From the IMG/VR virus record IMGVR_UViG_3300035698_026801: a stretch of 64,000 nt of DNA. One strand, 5' to 3'. This document shows positions 50,101 through 61,900 of the stretch, piece by piece (the first letter of the stretch is position 1; each line of letters begins with the position of its first letter). The DNA comes from an uncultured virus (IMG/VR IMGVR_UViG_3300035698_026801). Lineage: Duplodnaviria > Heunggongvirae > Uroviricota > Caudoviricetes. Under the pieces are notes generated by a model. That model was not told the origin of the DNA, did not search any database, and saw only the letters and a list, made by a program, of their open reading frames with translations. The position numbers and the translations under genes are program-made.

Positions 50101-50105
50101 TCGAA

Positions 50106-51464
50106 ATGAAATTTAAACAGACAATGGCCTTAGTAGTTATCGCATCATTGATAGTTATGGTGGGCATGTTTGCTGTAGTCAAAATGAGCACGACTTCTAC
50201 CGAAAAAATCATTGAAAAGACTTCAGAAGCAGATGCATTATCGAATTTTGCTCGTTACAGAATAAAATTCAACTTTAATGCTATAGACCCTGCTGCTCAG
50301 GACGATGTAGATGATTTAAACTTTGAGATTTACGATTGGGATATGCTAGATACAGAAACCCAAGAAGATTTGTTGGATAAAAACTACCTTTCATGTGAAG
50401 GCGCAGTTCCAGCAACCTTTGATGGATCTAATACTCTAGTAGTTATCGATGAAGAAAATCTTTGTAGTTTGAATCTTTACAAAAGCTGGAGAGACTGGAC
50501 TGCTGGTGATTGGGAAGCAAAATTAAATGTTTACCTTGATCTAGTTAAGGACGACGTTGGAGAAGAAGGCGCAGACGATACACCTACTGGTGGCGTTTAT
50601 GCTGACTTATATTCTGGCAGAGTTTACTTAGTCACAGTTGGAGAATCTGCAGCTACTGACCAAGAAGATATCATTCCAACAGCATTCTTAATGACTGCTA
50701 CTGGAGAGACTTCTTACGACGTTGAAAAGATAGAAGACGGAACGATCTATGCGGAATTCAGATACGCGTATTACGCTGAAGCTGGAACACATAGCAAATT
50801 ATCAATTAGTGGAGAGTGTGAAGACGATCAGGAACACTCTGGAATCAATATAGATTCTAGTTTGGACGGAGCTATTCATACTGGATTAACTACAGGCACT
50901 ACAATCGATTTAGATTGTGTTGTTGAAGTAGAAGTTAATGCAAAAGGATATGCATTACCACTAGTTAATTCGCTTGCTCAATCGAACACAGAAAAACCAT
51001 ATTTAGCTGTAGAACCATTTGGTGAAAATGGAACAACTGGAACTTGGTTAGAGTACGGTTCAACTGGGATAAGTGGCGATGTGCCTTATAGCGCAGCAAA
51101 CGGTGCTGATGCTCAAATTTTGTGGGCAGGTATGACAGTTTGTGACAAAACAGTTACAACTTCCTCTACTTCAGACGCTGTTGATACAGATTATGCGTAT
51201 GAGCCAAGCTGTTTCATCAAATCATCCGAAAAATACGGAGGTTCTTCTGAACATCCATCTATTTATGGATTGATTGGAAAGGATGCAGTATTGTCGATTC
51301 CAATAAGTGTGGATCAAGTAATGGTTGACTACGATTTAGCCTCAGCTGCAGACGACGAAATTGTTTCAGGTGCCGGTGGCGGAACTGCTGAAAATCTATT
51401 AGATATCAGCTTACACGCTATGGAAGCCTCAACAGATTTAGTTGCTCAACAGTTGACAGGTTAA
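50106..51464 (+). CDS. Acidic membrane-anchored protein, candidate major structural or coat protein
   Basis: N-terminal TM; D/E-rich; more C-ending codons than neighbours (by eye); own promoter and terminator. Confidence 0.6.
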   Translation: MKFKQTMALVVIASLIVMVGMFAVVKMSTTSTEKIIEKTSEADALSNFARYRIKFNFNAIDPAAQDDVDDLNFEIYDWDMLDTETQEDLLDKNYLSCEGAVPATFDGSNTLVVIDEENLCSLNLYKSWRDWTAGDWEAKLNVYLDLVKDDVGEEGADDTPTGGVYADLYSGRVYLVTVGESAATDQEDIIPTAFLMTATGETSYDVEKIEDGTIYAEFRYAYYAEAGTHSKLSISGECEDDQEHSGINIDSSLDGAIHTGLTTGTTIDLDCVVEVEVNAKGYALPLVNSLAQSNTEKPYLAVEPFGENGTTGTWLEYGSTGISGDVPYSAANGADAQILWAGMTVCDKTVTTSSTSDAVDTDYAYEPSCFIKSSEKYGGSSEHPSIYGLIGKDAVLSIPISVDQVMVDYDLASAADDEIVSGAGGGTAENLLDISLHAMEASTDLVAQQLTG

Positions 51465-51489
51465 TCACAGCAAACTAACGATCAAGCTT

Positions 51490-51532
51490 TTTGGCGTGCG
51501 TAAGATACATGCCAAAGTATTTTATTTTTTTA
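51490..51532 (+). terminator. Hairpin plus T-tract
   Basis: TTTGGCGTG...CATGCCAAA followed by TATTTTATTTTTT. Confidence 0.6.
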
Positions 51533-51562
51533 ATTTCATTAAAAACTGAGGGAGAGTAATAC

Positions 51563-52447
51563 ATGGCAGAATTAGAAGGAGATTTCTTACAAGATACTAA
51601 AAGTACCGGACAATATTTCTGGGCATTACAAATAGTTCTTTTTGTTCCCGCCATTATTTTTCTAGCGTTATGGGGTCATGCAAAAGATAATATTACGGCG
51701 GTTATTGTTGGTTTAATTTTTTCTACATTTTTCATATTAACTTGGGCTTTTGATACTTGGAGAAGAATGTATCCAGCGAATTCAACATTTTCACAAAATG
51801 CTGCATCGTGGATTTTAGGTTCTGGTTTGGCTTTGTTATTTGGCGCATTGGCATCTTTAAAAGGTAGTTTATTTACTATTTTTTCGTTTGTAACGGTTCA
51901 AAAACAATACTTTTTAAAATCTTTATCAGCCAATTTACCTATTTTTTGGGATAGATATATTACAGCCGAAGCTGCATCTAGAGGAGAAGAAGCATTTTTT
52001 ATGGTTTTTTTACCTTGGATGATTTTCCCAATGTTGAATCAATTAGGTAAAAAATATCCAATATTTAATAATCCATGGATTAAAGTGGGTATTGTTGGTG
52101 CAATTGTGGCCCCAATGTTTGCTTTTTTCCATATTGGAAATTGGGGACTACTTGTTTTCATGTTAAGTGCAATAACTTTCAGGTTATTCCAACTGGCAAT
52201 TGTTTATGGAGATCAATTTGCGAATGTTATTCCGGCAATTTCAATTGTGCCTGCATTTGCTTTCGGATATCACTGGGGAAACAATGTAGCCGCAATGGGT
52301 GGATTGTGGAAGTATTTGGTAATTATGGCTACTGGCGCAGAAACCATAGGAGAACAATTCTTTGGTTGGTTGGTTATTTTTGTGCTGATAATTTTAGCTT
52401 TAACTACGATTAATTGGATTTATACTGAAATTAAGAAGAAATTTTAG
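51563..52447 (+). CDS. Intramembrane glutamic/metalloprotease-like protein (CPBP/Abi/PrsW superfamily)
   Basis: Multi-TM; GEEAFF, FAFFH, YHWGNN. Confidence 0.65.
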   Translation: MAELEGDFLQDTKSTGQYFWALQIVLFVPAIIFLALWGHAKDNITAVIVGLIFSTFFILTWAFDTWRRMYPANSTFSQNAASWILGSGLALLFGALASLKGSLFTIFSFVTVQKQYFLKSLSANLPIFWDRYITAEAASRGEEAFFMVFLPWMIFPMLNQLGKKYPIFNNPWIKVGIVGAIVAPMFAFFHIGNWGLLVFMLSAITFRLFQLAIVYGDQFANVIPAISIVPAFAFGYHWGNNVAAMGGLWKYLVIMATGAETIGEQFFGWLVIFVLIILALTTINWIYTEIKKKF

Positions 52448-52482
52448 TAAGATATATAAAGCAGTAAGATAATAATATTAAT

Positions 52483-52626
52483 ATGTGTTCGCAAATAAGT
52501 GAAGATAAAGATAGCTTTGAACAAAATTTGCAAACATGTAAACTTTGCGGGTATGAATGGGTATCAAGAATTATAAACCCAAAACAATGCCCCAAATGTA
52601 AAAGATATGATTGGAATGAAAAATAA
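52483..52626 (+). CDS. 47-aa zinc-ribbon protein
   Basis: Manual translation: CKLCGYEWVSR...PKQCPKCKRYDW. Confidence 0.6.
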   Translation: MCSQISEDKDSFEQNLQTCKLCGYEWVSRIINPKQCPKCKRYDWNEK

Positions 52627-53119
52627 AACTAAACTATTAATTCCCTTATTGCTTTTAGCAATAATTCCGTTCGCGGCAGCACAAATCGTTTTTGAGGTTC
52701 AAGGTAATCTCGGCGAAGTGAACGTGCCTAGTGCGGTTTTCGTTGGGGAAACAGTTACATTAACAGATTCGATAACGACAGCGTTAGACTGTATAAGTGA
52801 GCCAGATCATGTTGTAGAATTATATACAATGTGTGCCATTAAAGATCCGAATGGAGTAACCAAATGGAGTGCAGGTCCAACATTAAATTGTGCAAGTCAA
52901 ACTTATGAATGTACTCATGAACAAACTTTTGATATTCCAGAAGATTGGAAGTTTGGGTTGTCTTGGGCACAAGTTGATAAAACATGGGACGGTACAGATT
53001 GGATTACTACATCTACATTAGATGTTAAAAATTCATATACAATCAAGGCTGCCGGAGCACCAGCAACAGGACCAACAGAATTAGCTTCGTTGTTTAATTT
53101 GTTTATGTTGTTTTTGTAG
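52616..53119 (+). CDS. Secreted beta-rich protein; TM anchor appears to continue in the -1 frame
   Basis: Signal peptide; see frameshift finding. Confidence 0.7.
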   Translation: MKNKTKLLIPLLLLAIIPFAAAQIVFEVQGNLGEVNVPSAVFVGETVTLTDSITTALDCISEPDHVVELYTMCAIKDPNGVTKWSAGPTLNCASQTYECTHEQTFDIPEDWKFGLSWAQVDKTWDGTDWITTSTLDVKNSYTIKAAGAPATGPTELASLFNLFMLFL

Positions 53120-53253
53120 TATTACTGGTAGGTTGTAGCGGATTTTCGGCTTACAAAGTTATCAGTAGAAAACGAAAACAAAGACAAGAACAGAAGAAGT
53201 AAAACTCTTCTGAATTTATTTATATTATAAAAACAAAATAAGGATAGTGAAAA

Positions 53254-55080
53254 ATGAAATTTAATAAAAACTGGCTTTTATTTGGAATTCCTTTAGTTTT
53301 TATAGTTAGTGCAGTTTTTGTAGTTACAGTTTATGTTCAAGACGGAACTAAATTAATTGATATTACATCTAATTCAAATGTGGAATCTTTTACAGAGAGT
53401 GCTTTTAATGATTCTACAACTGAAGAAAATATCACATTTACGGGAACTCAAAGTTATTTGAGATATATTGAATTGCCAAAAAATAGTGTGATTATGACAT
53501 CTGAAATAAATTTTACGGGGTATGCTACAGGGACAAACGGTGCAGTTTTAGAAAATTTAAGTTTCCCTCATTTTTCAGCAAATTATGGTGGGGGCATTTT
53601 TGAAAAAGACGGTTATGTTTATATTTGTGATTATGATGTTATTAGAAAATATTACATTAATATGACTTCTGTATCAAATGTTTCTTTAAGTAGTAAGTCT
53701 ATTGTGTATGGGTGTACTGGTGATGATTCATATATTTATGGTGGAGAAATTACTAGTGAATATCTAAGAAAATGGGATTATAATGGAAATTATATAGGGC
53801 CTATTGCTGATAATTGTTTAGACTCTATTGGTCTAGCTTATTTATCTGGTGTAGCATACGATTCTGATGAAGAAGCATATTGGCTTTTATGTTATAGTGG
53901 TGGTTCAACATTAGAAGTAGCAAAATTTAATAGTAGTTTAGAATATAATGGTACCAATTTTGTAATTAGTAATAGTACATTTCAGAACATATATTGGGGT
54001 GGTTATCAAGATTTAGAAGTTGTTGGAGATGAACTTTGGGTAACAGATTATGATGGTGATACAGAAGTTTCTGGTGGTAGTGAAATTGAAAGATTTTCGA
54101 AAACAGGAACACATTTAGGCAGTTTTGTAATTGTTGATTATGGTTATAGAATTTTAGGAATAGCTCAATATGGTTCTTCAATATTAACAGGTTTCAATAA
54201 TGTAAATACTTCAATACAGTATGATGTTGAAATCTCTACTTCAGACCCAAAAATAGACATTTTAAATTCTGGGGTATCAAACGAATGGTCTTATGAGGGA
54301 TCATTTTCTTCAGAAGAAACAGGAGACTTGAATATAACTGGAATAAATACTTGGCTCTCTGGCTGTTCTGCAGATTCTAATGGTCTTTGTGACATAACTT
54401 TGAATATCACTTCAACTGATGGAAAATTAGAGCTTTCAACTATTAATTTCATTTATGATTACAATTTATCTTCATTATTTTCAGTTTCAGAATATCAGTG
54501 GAATAACACTTTTGATTTAAGTGTTGGTGAGAGTGTAAACAAAACTAAAAATATCAATAACACTGCAGAACTTGTTAGTGTAAATACTTCAATTATTGGG
54601 TATTATGTTGATGGAACATTTTGTGCTATTGATGGCGTTTCAAAAACAGTTACAGGATCTCCGTCTTATTGTGAGTATTCACACGCAATAAATTTAAGTG
54701 AAAGTTATCCTGATATTATTTTATTTGATAGTGATTTTGGAACTGGAACACCCATAACAAGAACAAACGGCACAGAGTATGAATCTTCAAGTGTTTGGAC
54801 ACAAAATGTTACAATTACTTGGTATGATGCAGAAGGAGGCGCAGCCTCAGCAGCAACATTCACTAATTCTTCAACAAATGTAGTATGCACCAATCAAACA
54901 GTTAAAAAAGATGAAAAATTATATGTTTGGGATGGCGCTAGATCAGAAATAACTCCAACAGCTTCAGCAACATGGGAACGAAAAACAGTAAATGGTCATT
55001 ATTATTGGGTTATAAAAGATGATTATTGTTATTCCGATGGAATATTAGATTATAAGGTCATTGTTGAATCAAATATTTAA
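53254..55080 (+). CDS. Surface glycoprotein-like protein with a probable beta-propeller region
   Basis: N-terminal TM; G...D..YIY, GVAYDS and LEVVGDELWV repeats; many NxS/T. Confidence 0.75.
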   Translation: MKFNKNWLLFGIPLVFIVSAVFVVTVYVQDGTKLIDITSNSNVESFTESAFNDSTTEENITFTGTQSYLRYIELPKNSVIMTSEINFTGYATGTNGAVLENLSFPHFSANYGGGIFEKDGYVYICDYDVIRKYYINMTSVSNVSLSSKSIVYGCTGDDSYIYGGEITSEYLRKWDYNGNYIGPIADNCLDSIGLAYLSGVAYDSDEEAYWLLCYSGGSTLEVAKFNSSLEYNGTNFVISNSTFQNIYWGGYQDLEVVGDELWVTDYDGDTEVSGGSEIERFSKTGTHLGSFVIVDYGYRILGIAQYGSSILTGFNNVNTSIQYDVEISTSDPKIDILNSGVSNEWSYEGSFSSEETGDLNITGINTWLSGCSADSNGLCDITLNITSTDGKLELSTINFIYDYNLSSLFSVSEYQWNNTFDLSVGESVNKTKNINNTAELVSVNTSIIGYYVDGTFCAIDGVSKTVTGSPSYCEYSHAINLSESYPDIILFDSDFGTGTPITRTNGTEYESSSVWTQNVTITWYDAEGGAASAATFTNSSTNVVCTNQTVKKDEKLYVWDGARSEITPTASATWERKTVNGHYYWVIKDDYCYSDGILDYKVIVESNI

Positions 55081-55102
55081 AACATTATTGAGCTGAGGGA
55101 GA

Positions 55103-58100
55103 ATGAAAGTAAGATTATTATTATTTTTAGTAGGTATGATATTAGTTTCAACATTTGGTTCTGCACTTATTTTTGAAGCAGAGGGCTCTGTAAACACCAT
55201 ACCCACAGTTTCTACAGTAGTTTTATCCCCTACGATTTTATACGCCGACACGAATTTAATTTGTAATACAACAATTACAGATCCAGAAGATTCTACTTTT
55301 ACGGCATATTTTACTTGGTACAAAAATGATGCGAATATACTTTCTGGTTCAACTGGCAGCGTTGCAAATAACACAAATACAGAAATAGCGACTTTATTAA
55401 GTGGCAATTTTTCTAAGGGCGATGTTTTAAAATGTGAGATTGAAGCGTATGATACAAAAGATAATTCCACGGCGGTTAATTCATCCATAAAAACAATTAC
55501 GAATTCGATTCCAACTCTAGGTAATCCTACTTTAAATGATTATTCACCTTATACTTCAGATATATTAACTTGTACTCCTACAGGGTATTCTGATGCTGAT
55601 TCAGATGGTGCCACGTATTATTACAAATGGTATGATGATGGCGCTATTGTTGCAGATCAAGTTTCTTCCACACTAGATTTGGGCGTTGCAAATTTAGATA
55701 AAATAAACGAAATTAAGTGTTCTACAGTTGCTTCAGATGGTACTAGTAATGCAACTGCATGGACTAATTCCAGTGTCGCAACTATTCAAAATTCTATCCC
55801 TACTATTGGAACACCAATTTTAAATGATCTTTCGCCTTATACTTCAGATACTTTAACTTGTACTCCTCAAGATTATTCAGATTTAGATGGAGATGGGGCC
55901 ACTTCTTATTATAAATGGTATGATTCTGATGTAATAGTTGCTGGTCAAACTACGAGTACATTAGATTTAAGTGTGGCAGGATTGAATAAAGATGATACAA
56001 TTATTTGCTCTGTGATTGCAGATGATGGAACCTCAAATGCCACAGCATGGAAGAATACATCAACAGCTACTATTTTAAATTCTATCCCAACAATTGGAAC
56101 TCCAACATTAAGTACTTTAATTCCAAATACAGATAGTGTTTTAACGTGTACACCACACGATTATGCTGATTTAGATGGAGATGGTGCTACTCAGTATTAT
56201 AAATGGTATAATACAGGAGTTATAGTTGCAAGTCAAACAACTAACACTCTAGATTTAAGTGTTTCTGGATTGGACAAAGGGGATACAATTATTTGTTCTA
56301 ATATTGCAGACGATGGAACTTCAAATGCAACAGCATGGATAAACTCATCAGAAGCAACTATTGATAATTCTTATCCAATAATTTCAAATGTAAAATTAAT
56401 AATAACAGAATTTGGTGGAACTCAAGAAATTACATTAAATATAACCGCATCGGATCCAGACGGTATTGCGGATTTGGCTTACGGTAATTTTTCTACGGTT
56501 TATGGAGTTTTTTCAGCAGGAGTTTCTGAATTAGATATCCCAAATGGTTTAGTTCAAGTACAAACAATTTGGATTAATGATTCATCTAATGGGCAAGATT
56601 CATTTTTATTAAATTTTACGCTTTTAGAAGGAGCATTAACCAGTAATTCTTCTTACTCTCATACGTTAGCCTTACAAGGTATTGAACTTAATTCAACTTT
56701 GTATAATAACGGTTCAAGTTCTATTTCATATGACATAACAGCATACACTCCTCCCTCAGGAGTATTAGATGGCGGTGGTACGTTCACAGGGACTGCCACC
56801 GCATTATCTACGAATTATTTGTATAGTAATTGGCATGGAGATTTTATCACTTTAGAAGATACAGCTCTTGAAGGTCAAACGGAAAATGCCACAAAATTAC
56901 ACACAGAATCTACACAATATCTTTTGAATACCACACATTTAAATGCTACCAACTCTCAGGCGTTTACATTTGTTGGTGTTGATATTTCTGCTGAATGTAC
57001 CGAGACCATTTCTGCGGATGTAGGCGCTGGAGCCACTAAAATTACAACCACATGTGACACAACAGAGTACACGGTGGATACAATTGACACATATACCTCG
57101 GCTGAGTTGTTAGATTCCGCCACAGAGTCAACATTAGACACACAGTATATTTACAAGTATAGATGGATCAACAACACGGGAAGTATTGGTTTTACTAATG
57201 TGTCTATGGCAACTGCAACTATTTCAGGAACTTGTTTAAACTGTGAGGTACGTTACAATTCTTTAACTGATGGGCAAAATTCTCAACAATTTTATAACGC
57301 ATCTTCTACTTGGATTCCATATACAGAAGGGACTTGGAAGCAAGATACAACAGAAATAACAGAAGCCAATGGTATTTCATATAATACAAAGAATTTGAGT
57401 GCTTATAATAACCACTCTAGTATTGATTTTACAGGCGTTGTTTTAAATTTAGCAAATAAAACTAGTTGGACGTGTGATCCAGTCATTACAGGTACTATTA
57501 CGTCTACTGGTTGGTTAAATATTACTCAAAGCAATAATTGTTCAAAATCCAATGCTTTGACATTTGCTGAGACTTATCATGAATTACTCGATTCAGAAGG
57601 TATTATGAATGAATCAAATAGTTTGAATATTACTGTGACAATAAATAATACCGATGATGTAGCTTACACAAATGTTAAAGCGAATTTTACAACAACGTAT
57701 CCAAATAATGATATTGTAAGGTATACAAATACTTCTCAGAATATCTACTCCAATTTGAACATATTGGCAAGCACCGAAACAAATCACTCATATACTGCAA
57801 CTGGGATCGTAATAGATCAACTATCCGCTAATGACCTTGGAGGGTGTGCTACAGGCTATGTTAATTACGGCGCTTATTGTCGAAAGGTAGTTGATACTTC
57901 TACTGGTGGAAAATTCTATTATTATGAATATTATTTTAACGTAACGCATAACGTGACAAATAGTGTGGATTTAATTCATGAAATTGCTAAAACTAGTTTA
58001 ACAGATTGGTCTGGAAGAAGCGGCGAAACCTATAATGTAAATGGAAGTGCGATTGATATGTCCATTTCTGAAGATTTAGTTTCAGTTAATCTTACTATTG

Positions 58101-58891
58101 GAGATTCTCATTCAACATCTTCTTCATCTGAAGGAATTTGGTATTTATATTTAAATTATTTTAAATCAGGAACATCTCCTGGAGGTGGAGGAGGAAGTGG
58201 TAGCAGTACACCAACGGCACCAATAAATCTGACAACACTTGGAGAGCCAGTAAAAGTCTTTGAGTTAGAAACAGATTCGGCATTAAATTTATCAGGATAT
58301 CCTGGACAAACGATTGATTATAAACAATTTGTTATTAAAAATTTATTAAGTGAAGAAATAAATGTTTCTTTAGTGCTTTTAGAAGGCCCCGCATGTGCTT
58401 GGATCACATTTACAATGGAAGAAGAAGGATTAAAATCACTTGATGGATATATTATTTCTGCGCCAGGAGGAACAACTAGATCTGGCGTTTTATATGTAAC
58501 TGAAAAAATAGAAATTCCAAAGAATGTTACGATTAAAGATACAAAAGGCTGTAGATTTTTAGTTTCTGCAGCTAACGGATATTCGGAAGAATTTGAATAC
58601 CAAATTACAATTAAGGAAGGATTAGGTAGCGATATTCAAGCCAGTTTTACATCATTTTTTATGAGAACTATAGATTTTGGTGATGGATTGTGCATCGGAT
58701 CTTGGGGCGCAATGTTTGGTGAAGAAGAAGAATGTACTTTCAGATTATTTGAAGGTGTCAGATTTAAAGTTTGGCACATTTTCGCAAGTGGTTTGGGACT
58801 AATTTTCACCATAGTGTTATTTTGGTGGTTGATTAGATATGTTAAAGATAAAAAATCAGGGATTCCAGGTTGGATTAGTGGTTTGAAATAG
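55103..58891 (+). CDS. Large surface glycoprotein-like protein with tandem Ig-like repeats and C-terminal TM
   Basis: Three ~97-aa repeats NSIPTIGTP...LTCTP..Y.D.DGDGAT.YYKWY (~55500-56370); SPGGGGGS linker. Confidence 0.85.
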   Translation: MKVRLLLFLVGMILVSTFGSALIFEAEGSVNTIPTVSTVVLSPTILYADTNLICNTTITDPEDSTFTAYFTWYKNDANILSGSTGSVANNTNTEIATLLSGNFSKGDVLKCEIEAYDTKDNSTAVNSSIKTITNSIPTLGNPTLNDYSPYTSDILTCTPTGYSDADSDGATYYYKWYDDGAIVADQVSSTLDLGVANLDKINEIKCSTVASDGTSNATAWTNSSVATIQNSIPTIGTPILNDLSPYTSDTLTCTPQDYSDLDGDGATSYYKWYDSDVIVAGQTTSTLDLSVAGLNKDDTIICSVIADDGTSNATAWKNTSTATILNSIPTIGTPTLSTLIPNTDSVLTCTPHDYADLDGDGATQYYKWYNTGVIVASQTTNTLDLSVSGLDKGDTIICSNIADDGTSNATAWINSSEATIDNSYPIISNVKLIITEFGGTQEITLNITASDPDGIADLAYGNFSTVYGVFSAGVSELDIPNGLVQVQTIWINDSSNGQDSFLLNFTLLEGALTSNSSYSHTLALQGIELNSTLYNNGSSSISYDITAYTPPSGVLDGGGTFTGTATALSTNYLYSNWHGDFITLEDTALEGQTENATKLHTESTQYLLNTTHLNATNSQAFTFVGVDISAECTETISADVGAGATKITTTCDTTEYTVDTIDTYTSAELLDSATESTLDTQYIYKYRWINNTGSIGFTNVSMATATISGTCLNCEVRYNSLTDGQNSQQFYNASSTWIPYTEGTWKQDTTEITEANGISYNTKNLSAYNNHSSIDFTGVVLNLANKTSWTCDPVITGTITSTGWLNITQSNNCSKSNALTFAETYHELLDSEGIMNESNSLNITVTINNTDDVAYTNVKANFTTTYPNNDIVRYTNTSQNIYSNLNILASTETNHSYTATGIVIDQLSANDLGGCATGYVNYGAYCRKVVDTSTGGKFYYYEYYFNVTHNVTNSVDLIHEIAKTSLTDWSGRSGETYNVNGSAIDMSISEDLVSVNLTIGDSHSTSSSSEGIWYLYLNYFKSGTSPGGGGGSGSSTPTAPINLTTLGEPVKVFELETDSALNLSGYPGQTIDYKQFVIKNLLSEEINVSLVLLEGPACAWITFTMEEEGLKSLDGYIISAPGGTTRSGVLYVTEKIEIPKNVTIKDTKGCRFLVSAANGYSEEFEYQITIKEGLGSDIQASFTSFFMRTIDFGDGLCIGSWGAMFGEEEECTFRLFEGVRFKVWHIFASGLGLIFTIVLFWWLIRYVKDKKSGIPGWISGLK

Positions 58892-58901
58892 AGGTAATTT
58901 T

Positions 58902-61900
58902 ATGGACTTTTTAAATATTGTTACAACACACAAAGGTAGAATTGTTAAGCTTAGTGTTGGTTTTATTTTTATCGTTGTAGCATTTTCAACTGTGTTTTTG
59001 TCAACAATTACTAGTTCTGCTAATGCAGATGAGCAAGAAGTACAAAGTATGATGATCAATAATGAGGTGTATCACGTCGAAGCATTTCAATCAGATAAAA
59101 TCAATGTTAGTATCAATCAATCTCACATATTATTTCAAACGAAGGAATTTAATCATACAATAGAGTTTATCGATTTTTATGTTCCATCAGAGCTTCAAAC
59201 ATATTTAGCTTATGTGACTCCTTGTGATCCAAATAATATGATTTGTCAGGGTGATTATTTTGATCCAATCTATGATCAAAATAGTTTGTTTCATATTTTG
59301 AATGATGGTTGGAACATGACTGAAGATCGACTTTACACAAAAACAGATTATTTGTTTAATTCTACGGAAGCTTCTTCAACAGATGTTTCGTCTGCTACAG
59401 AGTATTGTTATTATATTGCAGGCGGCGATTGCATTTCTACATATTATCCAGTCGGAAGTCTCATCAAATATAACGATCGATACTATCTAAATATTGTTGG
59501 AACTTATAATACATATTATCCTGATCAAACAACAACAGTTTGGAATGAAATTCAAGCTGAAGCGTCTTCAGGTATACCGGTTGGTTTTGGTAATACAAGG
59601 GTCAATCAACTTTTAACAATAGACTATTCTTCGAATAATATTGGATTGAAAGATATTTTGGACTCGGGTATTGTAATAGATGCAAGCAGACGAATTGATG
59701 TTTCTTTAGATGTACACACAAATCATTTAATTTTAAATTGGACTTTCATTTACAATGAAGAAATAACAGGAAGTTATCAAGATATTTATTCGGTGCCGAT
59801 AGAAAAAGTAACATTTAATGCGAGTGTCGATCAAAAAGGTAGAAATCTTTATCAAAATATTACATATGATAATTTGTATGATGCTGCAAAAAGTGAAGTG
59901 TTGCATATTTTATATGAGAAAGATTTAACTTTTAATACTGTGAATTTTAATGGTCTCGTTCAAACAAATTGTAGTGTTGATTATAATAGCTATACGAAAC
60001 CGCATTTAATGACGGCCGGAATAAATTCTAATTATATTTTAGATGATTTAACAAATTATAATGAACTATGTTACAATGTTACGTTTCCCGAAGACATGAT
60101 TAATGTGATTGAAATGCAATTCATTACTCCAGAATTATCCGATGGACCAATTTTAACTATCGTTCCGTATCATATAAATTCTTATATCATAGGATCAGGT
60201 GGTTCGTTGACAGTATCATCTTCTGTTGAATTATGTGGAAATAATGATACATATTCTACAGTGCACGTTACTTCTGGTGGAATATTAAGTATTTGTGAAT
60301 ATAATGGCACCGCTGGTACAGGATATTTAAATTTGACGCTAGGTCTTACGGGTAATTTTACAGTTGATGTAGGGGGTCTTGTCGATGCCACTGAGAAAGG
60401 ATATTATTTAATAGCTTCTAAGTACTCACGAAAAGATGGCTTGGGTCCTGGCGGTGGATTAATGAGTGAAAGTGCGAGTCATGGTGCTGGCGGTGGCGGA
60501 GGACATGGTGGTGCTGGTGGTAAAGGTGGCGGCGGGAGTGGGTATCCTACAGCTGGTGGAGATGGAGGCCCGACATATGGTTCTTTATCTAATATTTCTA
60601 CAATTGGGAATGTAACTGTTGCAGGAGATATGAATATTGGTTCAGAAGGTGGTAGTGATAGTGGCCCAGATAGAAAGGCTGGTGAAGGCGGAGGCTTGAT
60701 ATATATTAATGCGCGTAATGGTATAATTAATATACAAGGTAATATGAGTGCGAATGGTGGAACTGGTCATTATGGGGGAACTGGTTATGGTGGTCAAGGC
60801 GGTGGTTCTGGTGGTGAAATAATTCTCGTTGGTCGTATTATGAATATATCTACCGGAACTTTTGAATCGTTTGGGGGTTATGGTGGCAATGGTTACCAGA
60901 CTTCTGAGGGGGATGGTGGTGGAGGTGGAGGTGGAAAAATAAGATTTTTTTATATTACTATGATAAATGCTAGTACAAGTCTTAATATTTCTGGTGGTGG
61001 AACTCGTGGTTTGTGGGATGCACAACCAGGAGAAAATGGGGTTATTTATTATGAACAAAGTAAGACTCTATTTTCAGGACCAGAAATTTTTTCAGTTCAA
61101 ATTGAACCGACAATAGCCGTAAGTACTAATAATCTATTAGCAAATGTTACATGTACTAGTTATAATGGAGATAATATGTCTGTATATTATATGTGGTATA
61201 ATAATAAAGCTGTAAATAAAACGGGTATATACAATGAATTAGTAAACGGAAGTAATACACAAATTGCAACTTTATTAAGTGGAAACACGTCTGTAAGTGA
61301 AGAATGGAAAATCGGAGTAATTTGTTCAGATGGAACTATAAATTCTTCCCAAACTAATTCATCAATGGTTAAAATTATAGCATATCCTAAAATTGAAAAT
61401 ATAGCTTTTAATACTACAATATTAGATGTAAATGAGTCTGTTTTAATAAATATTACCGTAACAGATAAAGACGGAAATGGTACAGTAGAAATTGTAAATG
61501 CAACTTTTAAATATCCAAATTCTACACTGCTAAATGAAAGTTTTGTACAGTATGTAATTTTACAAGACAATATTAATTCCGAAGATTTTGAAAATGGTAT
61601 GATTTCTTTTATCGGAGAAACATTTCCAGGGGTGATTTTAAGCACAGATGGACTACAAACTCTAGGTAGTTCCAGAGGTTATTATTGTAATAATTATATG
61701 GTTGGAACAGAAATAAAAGCAACAGAAACAGGAAAAATTAATGCAACTTATGCTTATCTTGTAGCTTCTGCTGAAAATACTTGTAAAATGGCAATATACG
61801 ATTTGTCTAAAAATCTTTTAGGATCTAGTGACGCAACTACAATAAATATAGCTAGCAAATTTTTCGAATTTTCATTTTCAACACCGGTTTCGGTAGTTTC

